A stretch of DNA of 64,000 nt from an uncultured bacterium. Lineage in GTDB: Bacteria; Patescibacteriota; JABMPQ01; CAVVCK01. The translations under genes and the position numbers were made by a program. The stretch is taken from the NCBI GenBank assembly GCA_963746775.1, contig CAVVCK010000001.1:483151-547150 (forward strand), written 5' to 3'. The notes under the pieces were generated by a model. That model was not told where the DNA came from. It was given only the letters and a program-made list of their open reading frames with translations, and did not search any database. Positions 9,932 to 20,523 of the stretch are shown here, piece after piece (within the stretch, counting starts at the first letter, position 1; every line of letters starts with the position of its first letter).

Positions 9932-10160
9932 AGCACGCCACTTTGTAGAATATATGAAAAAGTAATAAGAAAAAATATCCTTATTACCTTAAGAGTATAA
10001 CAAAAAAAATTAAAAAGAAAAGCTTTTTAGGTGTATAAATAATTAGACCATTTTATTAAGCTTTACCCTAAAAATATAACTAATTTTACCTTTAGGGTAA
10101 AGGAAAACAAGTGAGAAATCACAAGTTTTCAGGAAGGAGCAAGAAAAGTAAAAAGTGCGC

Positions 10161-10531
10161 TTACGGACCGTTTTCTAATTCACGAAGTTTACCTTCGGCC
10201 CATTTCTTGGCCTTTTTCTCGGAAGAAAAAACTCCCAAGAAACAATCATCTCTACTTATGCTGGTATTTATTTTTACCGAACATGCCCAGCGGTTTTTAC
10301 CATCACAACACTCTACTTTTAACCCTGTTCTGGTTAGCTTGACTAAGAAAGGGGGCATATTCAAGGCTTGCCCTCGACTTATTTCTTTTCCCTCAAGTGG
10401 TCTAGTAAGATCTTTGTGTCGTATTAAGACCAAATAACAAGTAACCTTGAACAACTTTTCTACAGGCAATTGTTCGACAATACTTTGAGCCCTTTTAATC
10501 CACTCTTGAATAGTATTTATGTTTTCCATCA
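10161..10531 (-). CDS. hypothetical protein in a GC-richer segment between tRNA clusters
   Basis: ATGATG start preceded by GAGAGGAGG. No recognisable domain. Local GC is near 45%, above the window background. The antisense ORF 10111..10437 was not chosen. Confidence 0.35.
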
Positions 10532-10616
10532 TCTCCAACCTCCTCTCAATGCCTCGGCTACTGAAGCCAAAGGGCAAATCAAGTCATTATGTGGTATTAA
10601 AACAATTTTGTCAAAA

Positions 10617-10652
10617 ATAAAACCCAAGCTTTATAAGCTTGGGGTAAATTTA
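10617..10652 (-). terminator. intrinsic terminator (CCCAAGCTT-TAT-AAGCTTGGG plus T-run on minus strand)
   Basis: Hairpin followed by a U-tract in the minus-strand sense, downstream of 10852..11292. Confidence 0.5.
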
Positions 10653-10851
10653 AATACAATATATGCACCACATTTGACGTTATCAGAACTTATCTAGTCG
10701 AACACTCCACTGCAGTAGTATTACCTCCTGGCCCTTGGTTAAGCAAAACACTGGATGAAATACTAGAATCTGAATCTGAGTAAATGTCTACACAATACTC
10801 TATTTATTACTAATATATTTAAACATGTAATGCTAATTGAACTCTATTAAG

Positions 10852-11292
10852 CTACCATGCTTTTACCTTACAATATAAATTGCCAGAACAAAGATTATGA
10901 GAAAACCCAGCACAATAATCTTTACCCTCAATAATTTTCACCTCCTGAACATGAAAAATACTTATGACCACTGTAATAAGTGTAACTATAACACTGACAA
11001 TCGCTATTGTTATTGCCCATCTTGAACTCCTCCTAGCTTCCACAAGTTCTTCATATTCTATTAGTTTAAATGCACCACTAAAAGTTAAGTGAAAATTTTT
11101 TTCATTACTACTATCATCAAGCCTAAAAACCTCTTCTCCATTTCCTAATTCCATTTCACGACTAATAATATCCTTCTGTTTAGGAAATTCCTCTAATATT
11201 TCATGCTTCGTAAATTTTCCTTTTTTATTGGCCCACTTTAGTATTTCTGCATATATATTCCTACTCTTTTCAGATTCTATAGATATTTTCAT
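10852..11292 (-). CDS. hypothetical protein with C-terminal TM helix
   Basis: 146 aa. TM helix WAITIAIVSVIVTLITVVISIF near the C-terminus. Confidence 0.4.
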   Translation of the reverse strand: MKISIESEKSRNIYAEILKWANKKGKFTKHEILEEFPKQKDIISREMELGNGEEVFRLDDSSNEKNFHLTFSGAFKLIEYEELVEARRSSRWAITIAIVSVIVTLITVVISIFHVQEVKIIEGKDYCAGFSHNLCSGNLYCKVKAW

Positions 11293-11579
11293 AGAGTGTC
11301 ATTTAATTTGCATTAAACAATGTCTTATTCCTTAACCTATATTTATCCGTCGCTATCAAATAAAAAGACTTTGCAAACTTTTTATGCTCTCGCTTATTTT
11401 AAATAAATTTATACCGCCAATACATTTTCAAAAAACAAAACACAAATCATCGCTACTTAATCGAGAGATAAATTAAATTTTAAAACTATTGTAATGAACT
11501 CAACACCAAAAAAATAAAACCGCTTTCTTTAGCCAAAAAACCTTTAAAATTCATGGAAAGTTCGACCAAACTTCTCACG

Positions 11580-11654
11580 TGGTGCCGGGGGAGAGAATTG
11601 AACTCTCGACACAAGGATTTTCAGTCCTTTGCTCTACCACTGAGCTACCCCGGC
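11580..11654 (-). tRNA. tRNA-Phe (GAA), CCA encoded
   Basis: Reverse complement GCCGGGGTAGCTCAGTGGTAGAGCAAAGGACTGAAAATCCTTGTGTCGAGAGTTCAATTCTCTCCCCCGGCACCA folds canonically. Confidence 0.85.
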
Positions 11655-11758
11655 CAGTTAGAAGTTTTGGCAATTGACGTTTATACTATTGTTTCTAGTT
11701 TTACAACAATCAACGGTACAGGTTTTGATTACCAATACTTCTAACTGGCCACCGGCCC
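11654..11758. repeat. tRNA-5'-abutting hairpin element with 17-bp terminal inverted repeats, copy 2
   Basis: CCAGTTAGAAGTTTTGG ... CCAATACTTCTAACTGG is a perfect or near-perfect inversion. The left end overlaps the first base of tRNA-Phe. Confidence 0.65.
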
Positions 11759-11790
11759 TAAGTTAATATTATAATTTTTCTTTTCCCTTG

Positions 11791-11867
11791 GTGGGCGATC
11801 GAGGACTCGAACCTCGGACCTCGTCATTATCAGTGACGCGCTCTAACCACCTGAGCTAATCGCCCCC
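11791..11867 (-). tRNA. tRNA-Ile (GAT) in the 16S downstream spacer, CCA encoded
   Basis: Reverse complement GGGCGATTAGCTCAGGTGGTTAGAGCGCGTCACTGATAATGACGAGGTCCGAGGTTCGAGTCCTCGATCGCCCACCA. Confidence 0.8.
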
Positions 11868-12124
11868 TATGCCCCCGTAGGGGCCTTCTATTTTATGCCA
11901 TGACCTAAACAGAAAGACTAAATTTTCAGTCTTTCTAAATTCAAAATATATAGAAAAATGATAACAAAAAAGATTGGTAATTACAAGCAAAATTAATATA
12001 CCAATCTTTTTTATCATTAACAACTAAAAAGCGATAGGAGTGTCTCTGCACCATAAATGATGTGAGATCGACCACTATAGTCTATCGATAATTACAAATG
12101 TAATTACAAATAACTATTATCCTT

Positions 12125-13630
<1,506 letters not shown>

Positions 13631-13886
13631 AAAAATGATTTGAGAAAATAAATTCTCAAATTATAGAGATTGAGTCTTATGGTTTAATAAATTAAACCAG
13701 ACTCCGAGCTCTAAAAAAATTATAAAGCATGTTACATATCACCAAGTGATACATACATTATTGTTCCTATCGCTTTTCAATTGTTAATGTTCTTGAATCT
13801 CAGTACAAAAAACTACCTTAGATAACCTAAGATATTACAAACTTTTTATACTTAGTTTCAGTATTAATAATTTAATATACTAAATA

Positions 13887-14574
13887 TTACTTGTCAACAT
13901 TAATTTTACTTTTTTTCTGCCTAAATTCAGATATTTTTTTATGATTTCCTGATAATAATACCTTTGGTACCTTTAGTTCCTTGATTCTTGATTCTATATT
14001 CTTAATTCTAAACACTTCTGGTCTCGTATATTGAGGATACTCCACATAACCTTTTTTATTATGTGTTTCTTCAAATAAAGATTCTTCCTTGTTTAAAACA
14101 CCTGGAATTAATCTTGTCACCGCATCAATAATAGTCATAGCCGGTAATTCCCCACCAGTTAAAACATAATCTCCAACAGATACTTTTTCATCAATAAACT
14201 TTTCCACTCTTTTATCAAAACCTTCATAACGTCCACATAAAAAAACTATATTATCCAACTTAGAATATTTACGAGCCATATTTTGATCAAATTTTTTACC
14301 AGCCGGATCCATCATTATTATTTTTTGTCCCTTTATTTTTTTAATTTTTTTTAAAGCTTTGTAAATAGGTTCAATTTTTAAAATCATCCCCGGACCTCCC
14401 CCATAGGGACGATCATCTACAGACCTATGTTTATCTGTAGTATAATCTCTTAAATTATGTAAATTGATTTTAGCTAATTTCTTTTTTTTGGCACATCCAA
14501 TCATACCTGTATTAAAATAGGCTTCAAATATTTCTGGAAAAATTGTAATTATATCGAATATCATGTTTTTAGAA
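13887..14574 (-). CDS. trmD: tRNA (guanine37-N1)-methyltransferase TrmD
   Basis: MIFDIITIFPEIF ... RPYGGGPGMIL ... GRYEGFDKRV ... TGGELPAMTIIDAVTRLIPG. Start placed at the internal ATG; the track's N-terminal extension crosses a repeat. Confidence 0.75.
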
Positions 14575-14700
14575 ATTAGCTGTTTGGAAATTAGAAAATG
14601 GTAATAGAAATTTGAAACTAGAAAATAGAAAACAAATTTCCAATTTCTATTTTCTATTACTAATATCCATTTTCTATAATACCAATTTCTTTTAAAATTC
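14575..14700. repeat. TAGAAAAT-word imperfect palindromic intergenic repeat, copy 1
   Basis: Left arm GGAAATTAG ... TAGAAAATAGAAAA. Right arm ATTTCCAATTTCTATTTTCTATTA ... CCAATTTC. The same word family recurs at 20845..20972 and 61110..61230. Confidence 0.55.
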
Positions 14701-14717
14701 AAGTACTATCAACACAA

Positions 14718-14758
14718 AAACCGCCTAGCCTAAAATAGCATCCGCGGTTTTTGTTATG
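14718..14758 (-). terminator. intrinsic terminator downstream of KH-domain gene (AAAAACCGC ... GCGGTTTTTG)
   Basis: GC stem with a T-run in the minus-strand sense. Confidence 0.45.
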
Positions 14759-14765
14759 TGGAGAT

Positions 14766-15104
14766 TTATAATTTTAAATCTTCAACTACATCGTCAGCTG
14801 AGCTGTCTGATGTAGGTCTGCTTGTATTCTCAGGTCTTCTTCCTCTGGTAGAACCTTCAGGTTCTGTGATCTTTAAGTTGACACGTGCATTATTCTTAGC
14901 ACCGACAACTTTTAGAAGAGTTCTGATAGCTTTTGCAGTTTGTCCTTGACGACCAATGACTTGACCCATATCAGATGGATCAACATCAAGAGTGATTAAA
15001 ACACCCATTTCGTCAACAGTTCTGTTGGCTTTTACTTTGTCAGGATTGTCGACTAAAGATTTTACAACATAGTCAACAAATTCAATATCTTTTTCGTCTG
15101 CCAT
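14766..15104 (-). CDS. KH-domain RNA-binding protein (KhpA/UPF0109-like)
   Basis: VIGRQGQTAKAIRTLLKVVG (GXXG KH loop). 112 aa. Confidence 0.6.
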   Translation of the reverse strand: MADEKDIEFVDYVVKSLVDNPDKVKANRTVDEMGVLITLDVDPSDMGQVIGRQGQTAKAIRTLLKVVGAKNNARVNLKITEPEGSTRGRRPENTSRPTSDSSADDVVEDLKL

Positions 15105-15235
15105 TTCTTTAAATTTAATAGTTCATCTTTATAAACAAATGTACACAAGTGATCGACCTTGCTACAGCTCCGTGGGAGCTGCTTCACTCTATCAATTCAA
15201 TTACAATTTTATAATAGTGTCTTTTTTTGTCAATA

Positions 15236-15892
15236 TTACTTAGCTACAGAATTTATTATTTCTATTTTTATATCTTCTAAAGATTCTAGGATCAAATCGG
15301 CTCTCGATAAATCTTGTTTGGGAGTGTATTTATTCTCAATAGCAATACAAAAACAACCTGCAGATTTAGCAGAAACTACCCCATTTTCAGCATCTTCTAT
15401 GACCAAACATTCATCTGGCTTCAAGTTTAATCTTTTTACAGTTTTTAAATAAGGTTCTGGATCAGGTTTTCCATATACTACATCATCACCAGATATAATT
15501 TGACAAAAATATTTTTTTAAATCAAATTTGTTCAAAAAATACTCTATGTATTCTTTTGTTCCAGAAGAAGTGAGAGCTAACTTATATTGATCTTTAAAAA
15601 GATCGAGAGAATATACTATTCCTGGCAATAATTCTATTTTATTTCTTTCTTTTCCAAAAATTTCCGATCTAGCCCTGGTTAATTCTTTAATACCTATTTT
15701 TAAGTTTAATTTTCTTTTCGTTGCTTTCAACATATCACTAACTCTCCTGCCAATAAAATTAGATAAATCAATATTAGCATCACTACTAAATTTACTTTTT
15801 AACTTTTTTAATAAAATTTCTTCTGCCCTTATAGCTACAGGATAAGTATTAATGATCACATCATCCATATCATAAATAATAGCTTTAATCAT
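15236..15892 (-). CDS. HAD-superfamily hydrolase (beta-phosphoglucomutase-like subfamily IA)
   Basis: Motif I IYDMDDVII. Typical HAD-IA length and motif spacing. Confidence 0.6.
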   Translation of the reverse strand: MIKAIIYDMDDVIINTYPVAIRAEEILLKKLKSKFSSDANIDLSNFIGRRVSDMLKATKRKLNLKIGIKELTRARSEIFGKERNKIELLPGIVYSLDLFKDQYKLALTSSGTKEYIEYFLNKFDLKKYFCQIISGDDVVYGKPDPEPYLKTVKRLNLKPDECLVIEDAENGVVSAKSAGCFCIAIENKYTPKQDLSRADLILESLEDIKIEIINSVAK

Positions 15893-15895
15893 ATT

Positions 15896-16453
15896 TTATT
15901 TATTGAATATTCTATTCTTAAAATCTTCCTTTGTGTTTTTGTTCAGAATAGCTTCATACATATCAATTTTTAACTCTGGCGGCGCAGCAAATTTTTTATC
16001 TCTGCACATATTTAAAAATTCATCAAAATTAATTAGTTTCATCTTAATTTTTTCCCCAGCATCTAAATTCTGCTCAGCTACTTTTTGGCAATTATGAGCT
16101 ACAATTAGATATTCATGATAATAAATTTTTGAGCTGCCCAAGTATTCATTAATAATTTTAAAATTTTCTGCCCTATAGCCAGTTTCCTCTAATAATTCAC
16201 GCTCTGCCGCATCTAATACTTTTTCTCCTTTTTCAATCCTACCAGCAACCAATGAAGGATAAATATTTGTGCCTGGCTGCTCTTGATCTATAACAATAAT
16301 TTTATCACCTACTAAGGGTAATATATCAACTGTCGACTTCCTCTCTAACCTTTCAAAAGTTTCAAAAGATCCATCAAACATTTTCTGTTGATAGTGATAA
16401 ACATCAAATAATATTCCTTCAAATTTTTTCTTGGCGTTTTTTGGTATTTTCAT
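15896..16453 (-). CDS. NUDIX hydrolase
   Basis: Nudix box GRIEKGEKVLDAAERELLEETGY. Confidence 0.65.
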   Translation of the reverse strand: MKIPKNAKKKFEGILFDVYHYQQKMFDGSFETFERLERKSTVDILPLVGDKIIVIDQEQPGTNIYPSLVAGRIEKGEKVLDAAERELLEETGYRAENFKIINEYLGSSKIYYHEYLIVAHNCQKVAEQNLDAGEKIKMKLINFDEFLNMCRDKKFAAPPELKIDMYEAILNKNTKEDFKNRIFNK

Positions 16454-17700
16454 AAATTATTATCAATTGATTTTCCCGCTAACCATCCAGTCGAAAAAGC
16501 TGCCTGTAAATTAAATCCGCCCGTATCAGCATCTAAATCTAATACCTCTCCAGCAAAATACAATCCAGGAATAATTCGCGATTCCATTGTCTTTGGATTT
16601 ATTTCTCTCAAATCAACTCCACCGGAAGTTACAATAGCCTGATCATAAGATTTATAGCCGGAAATGGAAAACCTAAAATCTTTCAATAACATCTTAAGCT
16701 TTTTTCTTTCTTCAGAATTGATTTGATTTAATTTTTTATCAGCTGGAATATCTAATTTTTCTACAAATACAAGAATTAATTTGGCTGGCAGTAAATTTTT
16801 TAATAAACTTTTAAAATATTTTTTACCCCCATTGTTAATTTCTCTCCTAAGCCTACCATCAAGCTTCTGATGATCCAAAGCAGTCTTGAGGTCAACTGAT
16901 ACATATATTTTCTTCTTGTCGTCCAGAAGGGGTACTGCGTGCTTACTAAGCGATAATATAATTGGACCAGACAAGCCAAAATCAGTAAATAGCATTTCAC
17001 CAAATTGTTCAACTATTTTTTTATTATCGCAATAGAGACTAGCTTTTACGTTTTTTAAGGACAGTCCTTGTAAATTTTTGGCATCAGGACCTTTGGTAGT
17101 TAGAGGAGTTAGTGATGGTTTTGGCTCTATTATCCGATGACCTAGGCTCCTGGCTAGTTTGTATCCATCGCCACTAGATCCTGTTCTTGGATATGATTTT
17201 CCTCCGCAAGCTATGACTATTTTTTCTGCTTCAAGACTTTTTTCACCTTCTATTTTTACTTCAAATCTTTCGTCTACTTTTTTTATACTTTTAACTTCAT
17301 AGTTTTTTAAAATTGAAACACCTTTTGATTTCACATCACTAATCAGAACCTCCGCAATATCAAAAGCACTATCGCTTTCAGGAAAATACCGCCCGCCTCT
17401 TTCAAGTTTAAATTTTACACCCAGCTCTTCAAAATACTCTATCAAGTCAGTATTAAAAAAATTAGAAAAAGCATGTTTTAAAAATCGGCCACCTTTACCA
17501 AAATGAGCTATAAAATCTTTTAGATTAGCACTATTAGTAATATTACATCTACCCTTGCCTGTTAGTTTCAACTTTATACAAGGATTATCCATCTTCTCTA
17601 AGACAACTATTTTTTGGCTATTTTCTGCACACTTAGAAGCCGCCATTAGCCCTGCTGGCCCTGCACCTATTATTAAGATATTATATTTTTCTTTACCCAT
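16450..17700 (-). CDS. HI0933/BaiN-family FAD-dependent flavoprotein
   Basis: N-terminal GxGxxG (ILIIGAGPAGLMAA). C-terminal VTSGGVDLREINPKTMESRIIPGLYFAGEVLD signature. Confidence 0.65.
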   Translation of the reverse strand: MGKEKYNILIIGAGPAGLMAASKCAENSQKIVVLEKMDNPCIKLKLTGKGRCNITNSANLKDFIAHFGKGGRFLKHAFSNFFNTDLIEYFEELGVKFKLERGGRYFPESDSAFDIAEVLISDVKSKGVSILKNYEVKSIKKVDERFEVKIEGEKSLEAEKIVIACGGKSYPRTGSSGDGYKLARSLGHRIIEPKPSLTPLTTKGPDAKNLQGLSLKNVKASLYCDNKKIVEQFGEMLFTDFGLSGPIILSLSKHAVPLLDDKKKIYVSVDLKTALDHQKLDGRLRREINNGGKKYFKSLLKNLLPAKLILVFVEKLDIPADKKLNQINSEERKKLKMLLKDFRFSISGYKSYDQAIVTSGGVDLREINPKTMESRIIPGLYFAGEVLDLDADTGGFNLQAAFSTGWLAGKSIDNNL

Positions 17701-17702
17701 AG

Positions 17703-18080
17703 CTATTTTTTGTTTTGTTCAGCTTCATAGGCCCAGTATCCCCAAATCTCTAATATAGCAAGCAGTATAAAAGTACCCATGAATAAGCTATTATAATTAA
17801 ATGCTTGAAGACTGGCCAAAAAATACATAAATAAAAAACCAAAAAAACCGACTAGTAAATCCATTATTCTATTGCTAAGCATCTCTCTAACCTTATGCTT
17901 ATATTCAAATATTTCCCACAAAACCATTAATACAAATAATAATAGAAAATTTAACCAGCGCGGCATTTCTAAAATTATTAAAAAGCCAGCTAATAAAAAT
18001 CCGGAAAAAAAATGATTAAAAAACCAAAAATCAATATACTTTCCTTCCGACCAAATATTAATATACCATTTATTTTTCAT
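17703..18080 (-). CDS. small polytopic membrane protein, hypothetical
   Basis: 125 aa, Phe/Leu-rich, about 4 TM helices. Preceded by a conserved leader element (18091..18147). Confidence 0.4.
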   Translation of the reverse strand: MKNKWYINIWSEGKYIDFWFFNHFFSGFLLAGFLIILEMPRWLNFLLLFVLMVLWEIFEYKHKVREMLSNRIMDLLVGFFGFLFMYFLASLQAFNYNSLFMGTFILLAILEIWGYWAYEAEQNKK

Positions 18081-18090
18081 ACTTTTTTCT

Positions 18091-18147
18091 GAAGATTGTC
18101 ACGGATACTTATTTATAACGAAATATTTAAGAATATATATCCTTTAT
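18091..18147 (-). promoter_or_regulatory. conserved 5' leader/operator element, copy 1 (AAGATTGTCACGGATAC ... TAACGAAATATTTAAGAATATATATCCTT)
   Basis: About 57 nt, shared at roughly 85% identity with 19897..19953. Both copies lie immediately upstream of small membrane-protein genes on the minus strand. Confidence 0.45.
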
Positions 18148-18542
18148 CTGATTTTATTTAAATCGCCATTTATTATAACAGGTTTTACGGCTTCAATTTC
18201 AGTCCGACAATAATCCATATCAGGAATATCATTCCATAAATATATTTTTTGTCCTAAAACATGTGCAAAACCAATCTCCATTAAGGTATTGCCACCGATA
18301 TAATTTTTAATATTATTTTTATCAAAATTTAAAACCAAAACGGCCTCTGCTCCTTGCATCAAATCCCAAAATTCACGAATAGCATCTTGATTATATTTTT
18401 GTTCTAACTTCATTGCTTCTATTTCTTCATCACTTTTACCTACCATACCCTCGCAAAATTTAGTCACAAAAGCATCGTGACCAACTTCTCTTAATTTATC
18501 ACGTACTTCTATCATTTTGTTCGACAAATTGCATTGAGCCAA
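18144..18542 (-). CDS. hypothetical protein, possibly nucleoside 2-deoxyribosyltransferase-like fold
   Basis: 132 aa. Motif AVLVLNFD ... GGNTLMEIGFAHVLGQKIY resembles the PF05014-type glutamate-containing core. Not verified. Confidence 0.3.
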   Translation of the reverse strand: MAQCNLSNKMIEVRDKLREVGHDAFVTKFCEGMVGKSDEEIEAMKLEQKYNQDAIREFWDLMQGAEAVLVLNFDKNNIKNYIGGNTLMEIGFAHVLGQKIYLWNDIPDMDYCRTEIEAVKPVIINGDLNKIR

Positions 18543-18554
18543 TTATTCCTATTT

Positions 18555-18998
18555 TCATTTATATTTTTTAATTTCTTTTTCTAAAAATTTCTCAAATTTC
18601 TCCATTTCTTTTTTGTATTTACCCAAGTTTTCATAATTATCTGAAATGAGCCTTGAGTAATAAAGTAATTTTTCGTGCAAACCTTTATCCAAGGGTTTCA
18701 CCCAAGCAGTCTCCCAAATTTCATTATTAATAATATCGATTTTATCCTTATCAATCCATTTTACATGATATTTCTTAATAAATTTACCTCCATCCAAAAC
18801 AATAACTTCCCATTCTCCATCAATCTCACTATGCTCTGTTATAGATTTTTCTAAAGGCTGATTTTTAATTAATACTTGTTTCATAACTCTATAGCCTTTA
18901 GTCGTATTATCAAAAGATATAGCCTCTTTTTTATTTAAGCCTACAGATATAAAATAATTAGTTTTTGGGGTTGGATTATAGTCTACTTCAATATCCAT
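18555..18998 (-). CDS. hypothetical protein
   Basis: 147-aa ORF with a K/E-rich C-terminus and no recognised motif. Confidence 0.4.
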   Translation of the reverse strand: MDIEVDYNPTPKTNYFISVGLNKKEAISFDNTTKGYRVMKQVLIKNQPLEKSITEHSEIDGEWEVIVLDGGKFIKKYHVKWIDKDKIDIINNEIWETAWVKPLDKGLHEKLLYYSRLISDNYENLGKYKKEMEKFEKFLEKEIKKYK

Positions 18999-19002
18999 AC
19001 TT

Positions 19003-19551
19003 TTAATTATTATTTAATTCCTCTAAAGCCTCATTATACCACTTTTTAGAAATTTGTTTGGCCTCACTGGAAGATATCCTATTAAAATTATATTCAATCT
19101 TATCTCTTATTTCTTCTTTTGTTTTGCCTTTTTCTTTGTAATTCCTGGCATGCCTTAAGGCTGAACTTTCCAGATAAGTCATAGCGTCAGCATCGCACAA
19201 CACACCTTGCTCTCCATTACTTTTTTCTTGATGATGAGCAATTAAATTTTTAATTTTATCAATTTTATCTCTATCAACTCTCTCTTTCTCCAAAAATTTC
19301 CCTACTTCCAGCGCAGATAAATCTTGATGTTTTTTTATTTTCTCAGGATCAATCGAGCCTGCTTTCCAATCGCCATAAATAGCTCGCTCAATATCATGGC
19401 AAATAGCAGCTGTTAATAATATCTCATCTGCATCTGGCTTTAATTGCTTTATCCAATAAACTGTTCTTTGATGATGCTCAATACATTTATCATTACCAGC
19501 TTTTTTAAAGGCCTTGATCATAAATTGTTCTGCTTTCTGGTATAGGATCAT
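19003..19551 (-). CDS. HD-domain phosphohydrolase
   Basis: Conserved HD pair (TAAICHDIER) plus downstream His/Asp residues. Confidence 0.55.
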   Translation of the reverse strand: MILYQKAEQFMIKAFKKAGNDKCIEHHQRTVYWIKQLKPDADEILLTAAICHDIERAIYGDWKAGSIDPEKIKKHQDLSALEVGKFLEKERVDRDKIDKIKNLIAHHQEKSNGEQGVLCDADAMTYLESSALRHARNYKEKGKTKEEIRDKIEYNFNRISSSEAKQISKKWYNEALEELNNN

Positions 19552-19613
19552 AAATAAATATTTAAAGATTTAAGATCGCTCCAAATTTTCATCTAAAGCA
19601 ATCGGAATATATT

Positions 19614-19868
19614 TTATTTCTGATACATTAATCTTTGAATAAATAAAATCAGCCACACTGTTCCCGTAATAAAAGTAATAACACTCGAAAAAAACAAAGC
19701 TAGCGTCCAATAAGTAAAAGAAACCACATATAAACCAATAAAGGTTGGTATGGATGTTTGAAATTTTATTGGACCAACTTTTTCTTTAAATCCACTATAA
19801 ATCTGAGGAATTAGCGATACTGAAAATACGATGCTCATACTAGAAATAAGTATATCCTGCCAAATCAT
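19614..19868 (-). CDS. SemiSWEET-type (PQ-loop) small sugar transporter
   Basis: 84 aa, 3 TM helices, PQ motif in TM1 (SLIPQIYSGFKEK). Confidence 0.5.
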   Translation of the reverse strand: MIWQDILISSMSIVFSVSLIPQIYSGFKEKVGPIKFQTSIPTFIGLYVVSFTYWTLALFFSSVITFITGTVWLILFIQRLMYQK

Positions 19869-19896
19869 GTTTTTATAATTAGCTGTTATAAATTTT

Positions 19897-19953
19897 CAAG
19901 ATTGTTACGGATATTCATCCGTAACGAAATATTTGAGGGATATATATCCCTAT
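19897..19953 (-). promoter_or_regulatory. conserved 5' leader/operator element, copy 2 (perfect hairpin TTACGGATATTCATCCGTAA plus perfect 16-bp palindrome AGGGATATATATCCCT)
   Basis: Immediately upstream of the SemiSWEET gene. Homologous to 18091..18147. Confidence 0.5.
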
Positions 19954-20021
19954 TTTATTGCGCTCCAGATAAATATCTGGAGCGATCTCAATTTTCTTTC
20001 ATATTTTGGAGGTTACAAATG

Positions 20022-20468
20022 TTATTCTTTCTCCTCCCACCCATATTCCGAATTATATTTTTTATGTATAAACACTTGTTCAATGACAAATTTCACAAAA
20101 GGAATTATATTTTTTGGCAATTTATTAAGATCAAACCATCTTAAATCATCACATTTATTGGGTTCTTTTATTTCAATTTCCCCAGACCACTTATGGCAGA
20201 GAAAAAAATGATCAATCCAAATGGCTGATTTATCTTCTTTTATTCTATGAGAAATATGAACTGATTTTAAATTTTTTTTTAATATTCTAATACCCACCTC
20301 TTCAAAAGTCTCTCTAATCATCGCCTCGATAAAAGTTTCATTATCTTCAACTTTTCCTGACGGACAAGTATATTGCCCATCCGCAAAACCAGTATTAAAT
20401 CTTCTTTGCAACAATATTTTACCCTCTTTTTCTAAAATTAGAAGAGAGGCGAGTTTTTTGGGGATCAT
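20022..20468 (-). CDS. NUDIX hydrolase
   Basis: Nudix box GKVEDNETFIEAMIRETFEEVGI. Confidence 0.6.
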   Translation of the reverse strand: MIPKKLASLLILEKEGKILLQRRFNTGFADGQYTCPSGKVEDNETFIEAMIRETFEEVGIRILKKNLKSVHISHRIKEDKSAIWIDHFFLCHKWSGEIEIKEPNKCDDLRWFDLNKLPKNIIPFVKFVIEQVFIHKKYNSEYGWEEKE

Positions 20469-20523
20469 ATTTTCATCTTATCATAAAAAAACACAGCCCT
20501 TCAGCTGTGCATTTTAATTGATT

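Noticed and set aside
10111-10437. 108-aa plus-strand ORF
   Set aside because: The overlapping minus-strand ORF has a Shine-Dalgarno sequence and an ATG. Only one of the two can be real, and the plus ORF is K/S-rich with no signal. Both remain low-confidence.
14575-14702. N-terminal extension of trmD (MNFKRNWYYRKW ...) in the track
   Set aside because: It runs through the palindromic TAGAAAAT repeat and does not match the TrmD N-terminus. TrmD homology starts at MIFDIITIFPE.
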